Origin: an uncultured archaeon | Lineage (GTDB): Archaea > Micrarchaeota > Micrarchaeia > Micrarchaeales > CABMGC01 | DNA length: 32,000 nt | NCBI GenBank assembly: GCA_963704435.1 | Contig: OY969902.1 | Span: 420,001 to 452,000 of the forward strand | Direction: 5' to 3' | Shown: in pieces, positions 25,932 through 32,000 of the stretch | How positions within the stretch are numbered: position 1 is the stretch's first letter | How the letters are laid out: each line of letters begins with the position of its first letter | Translations under genes and position numbers: made by a program | Notes under the pieces: model-generated | What the model saw: only the letters and a program-made list of their open reading frames with translations | Databases searched by the model: none | What the model was told of the DNA's origin: nothing

Positions 25932-27292
25932 AGATCTCCCAGATTGCGCTTGAACTTGTACGTGAACGACTTCTCCCACTCGCTGACGAAGTCAAGCAGC
26001 GCGTAGTCGTTCGCCTGACCTGTCACCAGCTGCGCCCCCAGCGGCATGCCATCGACGTACTCGTAAGGGAAGGAGACGTGGGGGAAGCCGCCGACGTTGG
26101 GCGGTATGGTGAATATGTCCATGGCATAGTTCTGCACGGGGCTCAGCTTGGCCGTTTCGCTTATCTTCGGTGGCAATATCGGCAGTGTGGGCGAGAGTAT
26201 GAATCCATCCTTCATGGCCTTGCTCATCTCGTTGATTATCATCCTCCTTATCATGAGCGCCTTGGTGTAGTACCTGTCCTTGACGCTCTCGCCCCTGATG
26301 AATGTACCGAGTATCACCCTCCTCTTCGCCTCCGCACCGAAGTTCGCCCTCGCCTCGGTGAAGAACTCGTTGTACTGCTTGTTGAACTCTCCGTACTGGT
26401 AGCCGTACTTGTAGCCGTTGTACTTCGCGAGGTTGGTGGATGCCTCCGCCATGGCGATTATGTAGTATGGCGCTATCGCCTTCCCGAGTATGTCTAGGCT
26501 GATCTCGGCTATCTCATAGCCAAGTCCCTCGACCCTGTTGAGCAGTTTCTCGAAATGGCCCTTTACCGCCTCGTCCGCCCCATCCATCAGCTCCTTGACG
26601 ACGAGTATCTTCCTCTTCTTCGAGCTGGTGATCTTACCTACGGCGCAGGTCATATCATAGTCGTCAGGCCCTTTTATCGTGTCGAACACGATTTTCGCAT
26701 CCTCAGCGCTCCTGGCCATCACCCCTATCTTGTCTAGCGAGTTCGCATAGTCTATCAGTCCATATCTGGATACCGCACCGTATGTTGGGGTGAATCCGAC
26801 GACGCCGTTCAGCGCCGCAGGCGCGGATATGGAACCTCCAGTCGACTCCGCCAGCGCGACATGGTACTTCAGCGACGCTGTCGCGACCGCTGCTCCGCTG
26901 CTCGACCCTCCGGCCGCATAATCTGGATCGAAGGCATTCCTTGCAGGAGTCTCGCAGTTTATGCCGAACGTGCCGAACCCGAACTCGTCCATGTTCGTCT
27001 CTCCAAGGAAGCAGAACCTCTTGCTGTTGAGCATCCTCTCTATGACCGTTGCATTGAATGGAGGCACGTATCCCTTGAGCATCTTGGACGCGGCGGTTGT
27101 CTCGAATCCCTTTACGCAGATGTTCGCCTTGGAGCTGAACGGCATCAGGTCCGAATGGCCTTCAGCCAGGTCCTCATTGATGGTCGTGAAGGCATGGTGC
27201 GTCCTGTTCAGCTTGGCCACGTCGGAAAGCAGCTTCTCATAGTAACCGGAAGGCTTCTTCTTCGCTGCAAACTCCCTTATGTAGCTGGTCAT
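25928..27292 (-). CDS. gatA: Asp-tRNA(Asn)/Glu-tRNA(Gln) amidotransferase subunit A (amidase signature)
   Basis: LMPFSSKANICVKGFETTAASKMLKGYVPPFNATVIERM...LGETNMDEFGFGTFGINCETPARNAFDPDYAAGGSSSGAAVATAS...GGSISAPAALNGVVGFTPTYGAVSRYGLIDYANSLDKIG. ATGA overlap with gatB. Confidence 0.95.
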   Translation of the reverse strand: MTSYIREFAAKKKPSGYYEKLLSDVAKLNRTHHAFTTINEDLAEGHSDLMPFSSKANICVKGFETTAASKMLKGYVPPFNATVIERMLNSKRFCFLGETNMDEFGFGTFGINCETPARNAFDPDYAAGGSSSGAAVATASLKYHVALAESTGGSISAPAALNGVVGFTPTYGAVSRYGLIDYANSLDKIGVMARSAEDAKIVFDTIKGPDDYDMTCAVGKITSSKKRKILVVKELMDGADEAVKGHFEKLLNRVEGLGYEIAEISLDILGKAIAPYYIIAMAEASTNLAKYNGYKYGYQYGEFNKQYNEFFTEARANFGAEAKRRVILGTFIRGESVKDRYYTKALMIRRMIINEMSKAMKDGFILSPTLPILPPKISETAKLSPVQNYAMDIFTIPPNVGGFPHVSFPYEYVDGMPLGAQLVTGQANDYALLDFVSEWEKSFTYKFKRNLGDL

Positions 27293-27582
27293 AGCTTCGG
27301 CCCGCGTATGTATTCGTCGTGGAATGTGGCGCCCTTCTTCAAGCCATCGATATCCTTGAACTTCCTTATTACGTCCTTCCTGAACCTGGTCGGAACGTCT
27401 ATGGGCTGGTATGCCGGCTTCTCCCTGCATTCCACGGCCTGGATCCGGTCGAAGTAGGAGATTATCTCCTCTATGTCATTCCTTATCTTTGCTCTTTCCT
27501 CGGTGCTGAGCCTAACCCTTGAGATCTTCAGGAGGCGCTCGAACTCGCTGTCCTTCATAATTCCGTATTTGTGCGCCACCAA
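27289..27582 (-). CDS. gatC: Asp-tRNA(Asn)/Glu-tRNA(Gln) amidotransferase subunit C
   Basis: FERLLKISRVRLSTEERAKIRNDIEEIISYFDRIQAV, then proline-rich tail; ATGA overlap with gatA. Confidence 0.85.
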   Translation of the reverse strand: MVAHKYGIMKDSEFERLLKISRVRLSTEERAKIRNDIEEIISYFDRIQAVECREKPAYQPIDVPTRFRKDVIRKFKDIDGLKKGATFHDEYIRGPKL

Positions 27583-27692
27583 TTATAAAACCGATGTTCA
27601 GTCATTCTCCGACTGGTAAAACGCGCAGTTCACGCTAAGCAGGCAAAGAGTAATAGCGTTTTCCATCGGAATATATTAGTTGGTAGTGCGGG

Positions 27693-28271
27693 ATGCCCGA
27701 GGATAAGCTGCTCGAGAAGTACAACAGCCTATATCTAGAGGTGATAATGCGCTACAAGGAGTACATAGAGGAGCGGGAGACGCTGCACGTCGCCGAGCTC
27801 CCTACTCTCGTCGTGCCCAATGATGAGGCCGTAGTCTCCAGCGTCAAGAACATAAAGGCGATGTTCTCGTCCTATGGGTATGATGCCGACTTCCCGGAGG
27901 CCGCGAGGGAGGCTGAGTGGTACATCAGGGAGCGGATAACCACAACAAGTCTGCCGATCCAGTTCTGGCTGAGGCCGAGCCAGACGATAACTCTCGAGGC
28001 AGGGGACGTGTTCGACAAGGCGGTCCTCCTGTGCAGCCTTCTCATAGGCCTGGGCAACGTATCGAGCAAGATAGTTGCAGTGATGGACGGTAGCAGCAGG
28101 AAGATCGCCGTCTACTGCGAATTCAACGACAGGATCATGTTCTTCGACATGGACGGAAAGGCGGCTGAGTTCGGTACGAAAGACGAGATGCTCTCAAGCA
28201 TGGGGATTGGAAAGGGCGAGGACGTAACGGCCTACGAATTCAACGACAAGATGTACAACAACTTGGCGTAA
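27693..28271 (+). CDS. Hypothetical protein, possibly transglutaminase-like fold
   Basis: WYIRERITTTSLPIQFWLRPSQTITLEAGDVFDKAVLLCSLLIGLGNVSSKIVAVMDGSSRKIAVYCEFNDRIMFFDMDGK resembles transglutaminase-like organisation. Confidence 0.6.
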   Translation: MPEDKLLEKYNSLYLEVIMRYKEYIEERETLHVAELPTLVVPNDEAVVSSVKNIKAMFSSYGYDADFPEAAREAEWYIRERITTTSLPIQFWLRPSQTITLEAGDVFDKAVLLCSLLIGLGNVSSKIVAVMDGSSRKIAVYCEFNDRIMFFDMDGKAAEFGTKDEMLSSMGIGKGEDVTAYEFNDKMYNNLA

Positions 28272-28302
28272 GTGGAGTCCATCGTAGATAAAAAACACAG
28301 TC

Positions 28303-28374
28303 TGGGCCCGCGGAGAATCGGACTCCGGGTCTTCTCTCTGTGAAAGAGACGTCTTACCACTCGACTACGAGCCC
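28303..28374 (-). tRNA. tRNA-Val (anticodon CAC)
   Basis: GGGCTCG TA GTCGAGTGGTAAGAC G TCTCTTTCACAGAGAGA AGACC CGGAGTCCGATTCTCCG CGGGCCC A folds into a full cloverleaf: 7-bp acceptor (one G-T), 3-bp D stem, 5-bp anticodon stem, 5-bp T stem. No encoded CCA; followed by T6. Confidence 0.93.
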
Positions 28375-28435
28375 ATTGCTAACAGTATGCTCTGCGAAAC
28401 AATATAAAATTAGCACGGCATAGGTAATTGATAGT

Positions 28436-28975
28436 ATGCCTTTTTACACAGGGAAAGGGGATAGAGGGGGCTCCTGCCTTTTCGGAAGCAAAAGAGTCCC
28501 GAAGGGAGATCCCATATTCGACGTTATAGGCGACGTGGACGAGCTCAACAGCTCTGTCGGAGTCGCGCTTTACTACATCCGCGATGATCTAGTGAGAGGC
28601 GAGCTGCGCGCGGTGCAGAACGACCTTTTTGTGGTCGGGTCGGGCCTAGCATCGCCCCAGAACGACGGGATAAAGGCAGGTAAGCTTGGCAGCAAGGAGG
28701 TCGCAAGACTCGAGGACGCGATGAGGGACATAGAGCGAAGGGTTCCCCCGCCAAAGAAGTTCGTGATCCCGGGAGGCTGCGAGGGAGCGGTGCACCTGCA
28801 CGCCGCACGGGCGGCCGCTAGAAGGGCGGAGAGGAGCGCCATAAGGGCCTCCGGCAAATGCAAAGTGGACGCCGAGGCGCTGAGATACCTGAACAGGCTC
28901 TCGTCCTATCTCTTCGCCGCCGCGATATACCTGAACTATATCGAAGGGATAAAGGAATCGCACCCGACCTATTGA
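28436..28975 (+). CDS. Cob(I)alamin adenosyltransferase, PduO type
   Basis: FYTGKGDRGGSCLFGSKRVPKGDPIFDVIGDVDELNSSVGVAL...IPGGCEGAVHLHAARAAARRAERSA...ALRYLNRLSSYLFAAAIYLN. Confidence 0.93.
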   Translation: MPFYTGKGDRGGSCLFGSKRVPKGDPIFDVIGDVDELNSSVGVALYYIRDDLVRGELRAVQNDLFVVGSGLASPQNDGIKAGKLGSKEVARLEDAMRDIERRVPPPKKFVIPGGCEGAVHLHAARAAARRAERSAIRASGKCKVDAEALRYLNRLSSYLFAAAIYLNYIEGIKESHPTY

Positions 28976-29445
28976 GGCTGCGCCTGCACGCTGAAGTACT
29001 CCCTGAATTTGTTGGTCACGCTGATTCTCCTGCTCCTTCCCTGCTTCTTCGACTCTATGAAGCCCTTCTCGGTGAGCTCCTTTACGTGGTCGTAGGTCGA
29101 TGCCCCGAAGAGCCTGACAAGCTCGCTCTGCAGCGCGTTGTCGTTCTTGCTGACGTACGCCAGAAGCCTCAGGGACCCCTTCGTTATGTCGGGACCGCTG
29201 GCGAACCTGCTGACCTTGCTGGCATACGGCTCCTTCAGGCTGAACATGAACCTCTTGTCGATCTCCACGACCTCGATCGCGGTGTCCCTAGTCCTGTAGT
29301 CGTCGGCAAGTTCCCTGACCAGTTTCTCCACGTGGCCAACCGACGCTATGCCGGTCATCTCCGCGAGCTCGCCCGCGCTGAGCGCATTGGTGGACATGAA
29401 CAGCGCTGCCTCGACGAGCTTCCTGTAATCCTGCTGTGCCTCCAC
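28969..29445 (-). CDS. scpB: Segregation and condensation protein B homolog (GTG start suggested)
   Basis: YRKLVEAALFMSTNALSAGELAEMTGIASVGHVEKLVRELADDYRTRDTAIEVVEIDKRFMFSLKEPYASKV...GSLRLLAYVSKNDNALQSELVRLFGASTYDHVKELTEKGFIE; next to scpA. Confidence 0.85.
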   Translation of the reverse strand: MEAQQDYRKLVEAALFMSTNALSAGELAEMTGIASVGHVEKLVRELADDYRTRDTAIEVVEIDKRFMFSLKEPYASKVSRFASGPDITKGSLRLLAYVSKNDNALQSELVRLFGASTYDHVKELTEKGFIESKKQGRSRRISVTNKFREYFSVQAQPQ

Positions 29446-29453
29446 CCTGCCAC

Positions 29454-30143
29454 CTAGTTCAGCGCTATTATTATCTCCCTGAAGAAGTCCTCCTGGATCA
29501 GGAGCACACGGTTCCTGTTGGCGAGGAACAGAAGCGGTATGAACACATCGAGCAGCGCGTCGGGACTCTGCGACAGCGAGCGCAGGGATGAGAACGTCAG
29601 CGCCCTGCTGGAGTCCACATTCTCCTTTATGACGGAATACAGGGCCTCCACATCCGCCTCCACGTCGACCCTCGTCAGCACGAGCGGAACCGACTTCCCC
29701 TCGCTCATCAGCCTCTCGGTCCTGTACTCCTTGAGCCTCATCGCCTCGTCCAGTGCACTTATGAGCTCGTGGAGCGTGACCCTCCTCCTCGGGGGCAGCC
29801 TCAGCCTCACGGACAGGCCGTCGACCTGCACGAACGGCCTCTCGGAAGGGATAGAACCGTCCATCTCGGCCGCGACGGGGTCCTCGAGCTCCAGCATGTC
29901 GCTCTTGAGCCTCAGCATTATGGACGCGGCCAGTATGATGTTCGCGGGCACCCTGAGGTCCATGACCCGCAGCCCCCTTACGACGTCGACGTACTTGCCC
30001 ACTATGTCGATTATGTCCAGGTCCCAAGGGTTCAACTCGTCCTTCTTGACCAGGTCCAGGAGTATGTCCTTCCACGTCGCCTCCTTGACGAAGTCCTCTA
30101 TGTTGAAACGAGGCAGGCTAACAACTGCCGTCAGGCTCTGCAT
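29454..30143 (-). CDS. scpA: Segregation and condensation protein A homolog
   Basis: TWKDILLDLVKKDELNPWDLDIIDIVGKYVDVVRGLRVMDLRVPANIILAASIMLRLKSDML...LHELISALDEAMR. Confidence 0.85.
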   Translation of the reverse strand: MQSLTAVVSLPRFNIEDFVKEATWKDILLDLVKKDELNPWDLDIIDIVGKYVDVVRGLRVMDLRVPANIILAASIMLRLKSDMLELEDPVAAEMDGSIPSERPFVQVDGLSVRLRLPPRRRVTLHELISALDEAMRLKEYRTERLMSEGKSVPLVLTRVDVEADVEALYSVIKENVDSSRALTFSSLRSLSQSPDALLDVFIPLLFLANRNRVLLIQEDFFREIIIALN

Positions 30144-30300
30144 CCGGTCGCCGGAATTAATCGAGAGATATAGAAATAAATACCTTAGCTACCTGCACGG
30201 CTGGTTGCGCGGGCGGGGCTTTTACCGGAAGGGCATGGAGAAATTCGGACAGGTACGCATCCATAATTTAATGTTTTGGCTTTCAATATGCTGGGGTTGC

Positions 30301-31920
30301 ATGTCTGCTTTTAAGAACGAGTTCACGTACAGGCGCCTGCTGGACGGTGGCAAGGAGGAGGAGTTCGATGCACTTTTCGAAGGCGCGGTCGCCGAAGTGA
30401 AGAGGACGGTTCTCGGTAAGAGGTTCCCGATGTGGATAGGCGGAAAGGAGGAGTACGCCAGCGAGGAGCTCCTGGAGATGTCTCCCATAGACGGCTCACT
30501 CATCGGAAGGTTCCAGAAGGGCACGCGTGAGCACGCCAGGCTAGCCATCGGGGCCGCGCTCTCCGCCTTCGGGGCGTGGAGCCGGACGGACTACAGGGAG
30601 CGCGCAAAGATCATGGCGAACGCGGCGGGCGCCTTCAGGAAGCGCAAGTTCGAGGTCGCCGCTGCGCTGAGCATCGAGAACGGGAAGACCCGATACGAGT
30701 CTGTAGGAGAGGTGGACGAGGCCATAGACTTCCTGAACTACTATTCCGGAGAGATCTTGAGGAACAGGGGCTATGTGAGGAAGACCAAGATACTTGGCAC
30801 CGCGAAGGACGTTGCCGAGGGCTTCCAGGGCGCCCCGGGAAAAGGGGAGAAGGTCACAATAGCGATGAAACCCTACGGAGTGTTCGGGGTCATAGCGCCG
30901 TTCAACTTCCCGATATCGATATCCACAGGCATGAGCTGCGGTGCGGCCATAACAGGCAACACGGTGGTCTTCAAACCCTCCTCGACCGATGAATCGACGA
31001 TGCTGACTGGCCTGAAGATCTATGAAATATTCAAGGAGGCGGGCGTGCCGGATGGCGTCTTCAACTATGTCACAGGCCCCGGATCTGAGGTGGGCGACGA
31101 GCTCGTCGTCAACAGGGACGTCAGCGGAATAGTGTTCACGGGCTCGAGGGCCACTGGAATGGGCATGATAAGGAAGTTTTACGACCTTGGTCAGCAGAAA
31201 GTCTTCGTCGTGGAAATGGGAGGGAAGAACCCCGCCATTGTTTCGAAGTACGCAGACATTGGAGATGCTGTCGAGGGAATCGCATCTTCGGCTTTCGGTT
31301 ACGCGGGCCAGAAGTGCAGCGCATGCTCGAGGGTCTACGTCCAGGAATCGGTAAAGGAGGAGTTCATAAGCGGGCTTGTAGACAAGATGAGGTCGATGAA
31401 GATCGGGAACCCGCTTGACAAGGACGTTTACGTTGGCCCGCTTGTGGGAAGCAAGGCTCTCTCCAGGTACACTTCGAGCGTGGAGGAGGCGAAGAGGTCG
31501 GGAAGGGTCGTATACGGAGGCAATGCTGCCAACACGGGGCTGGGTGGCGCTTACGTAGAGCCGACGCTGGTCGAAGTGGGGCAGTCGAGCCGGCTGATGC
31601 ACGACGAGCTTTTCGTCCCCATGCTGGCCCTTGACACATTCGGGAAGTTCGAGGAGGCGTTGGCAAAGGCAAATGACGTCGAATACGGGCTGACCGCCGG
31701 CCTATACAGCAGGAACAGGAAGGAGATCAGGGAGTTCTCGAATGGAATCCAGGCAGGCACCGTATACATAAACAGGAAGTCTGACGCGACGACCGGAGCG
31801 ATAGTCGGCGCGCACACCTTCGTCGGCTGGAAGGGAAGCGGACTCTCAGGCAAGGGCACGGGCAGCAGGTTCTACCTACAGCAGTTCCTGAGGGAACAGA
31901 GCCTGGCCGAGGTAAAGTGA
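30301..31920 (+). CDS. Aldehyde dehydrogenase superfamily, 1-pyrroline-5-carboxylate dehydrogenase-like
   Basis: KPYGVFGVIAPFNFPISISTGMSCGAAITGNTVVFKPSS, GIVFTGSRATGMGM, VVEMGGKNPAIVSKYAD, AFGYAGQKCSACSRVYV, LMHDELFVPMLALDTF. Confidence 0.9.
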   Translation: MSAFKNEFTYRRLLDGGKEEEFDALFEGAVAEVKRTVLGKRFPMWIGGKEEYASEELLEMSPIDGSLIGRFQKGTREHARLAIGAALSAFGAWSRTDYRERAKIMANAAGAFRKRKFEVAAALSIENGKTRYESVGEVDEAIDFLNYYSGEILRNRGYVRKTKILGTAKDVAEGFQGAPGKGEKVTIAMKPYGVFGVIAPFNFPISISTGMSCGAAITGNTVVFKPSSTDESTMLTGLKIYEIFKEAGVPDGVFNYVTGPGSEVGDELVVNRDVSGIVFTGSRATGMGMIRKFYDLGQQKVFVVEMGGKNPAIVSKYADIGDAVEGIASSAFGYAGQKCSACSRVYVQESVKEEFISGLVDKMRSMKIGNPLDKDVYVGPLVGSKALSRYTSSVEEAKRSGRVVYGGNAANTGLGGAYVEPTLVEVGQSSRLMHDELFVPMLALDTFGKFEEALAKANDVEYGLTAGLYSRNRKEIREFSNGIQAGTVYINRKSDATTGAIVGAHTFVGWKGSGLSGKGTGSRFYLQQFLREQSLAEVK

Positions 31921-32000
31921 CGGCATATGATGCGTTTGCTCCATCGGGTGCTCAGGCCGAAATATGGCAAGGGAAGGATACGCCATAAGGGCAGGACGAT

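Noticed and set aside
29446-30075. N-terminal extension of the 28969..30075 ORF
   Set aside because: Overlaps scpA in a different frame with low-complexity Arg/Gly-rich sequence; the ScpB domain starts near 29445.
29518-30300. N-terminal ~260 codons of the 29518..31920 ORF
   Set aside because: This part is antisense to scpA; aldehyde dehydrogenase homology starts near ATG 30301.
31927-32000. Possible start of another CDS (MMRLLHRVLRPKYGKGRIRHKGRT...)
   Set aside because: Too short before the window edge to identify.
1-32000. CRISPR arrays or other defence loci
   Set aside because: No regularly spaced direct repeats or cas-like proteins were seen; besides the DGR only a VapBC pair is present.

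Overview
The window is archaeal chromosomal DNA, probably from a DPANN/ARMAN-like lineage (inferred). It carries many core genes: Cdc6/Orc1 C-terminus, RNase P Rpp30 and Pop5, a beta-CASP nuclease, ADP-forming acetyl-CoA synthetase, Mre11, a DHH phosphoesterase, prefoldin beta, uS13-uS4-uS11, DUF2070, UppS, Apt, VapBC, AspRS, GatCAB, PduO-type adenosyltransferase, ScpAB and an aldehyde dehydrogenase. It also has an unlinked and unusually divergent 23S rRNA gene and one tRNA-Val(CAC). The main discovery is a compact diversity-generating retroelement (DGR) on the minus strand at about 1788-4068. It has a reverse transcriptase with the DGR signature IGNLTSQ and a YVDD catalytic motif, split by an 11-nt C/G homopolymer. 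It has an 88-bp template repeat (2911-2998) and an 88-bp variable repeat (3410-3497) inside an unrecognised 282-aa target ORF. All 19 TR/VR differences are at template adenines (12 A>G, 7 A>T, 0 A>C; 29 adenines in TR). The spacer has a hairpin-rich element, and a perfect 10-nt inverted repeat brackets the TR. No avd-like gene is visible. All statements come from reading the sequence by eye; no searches were run.
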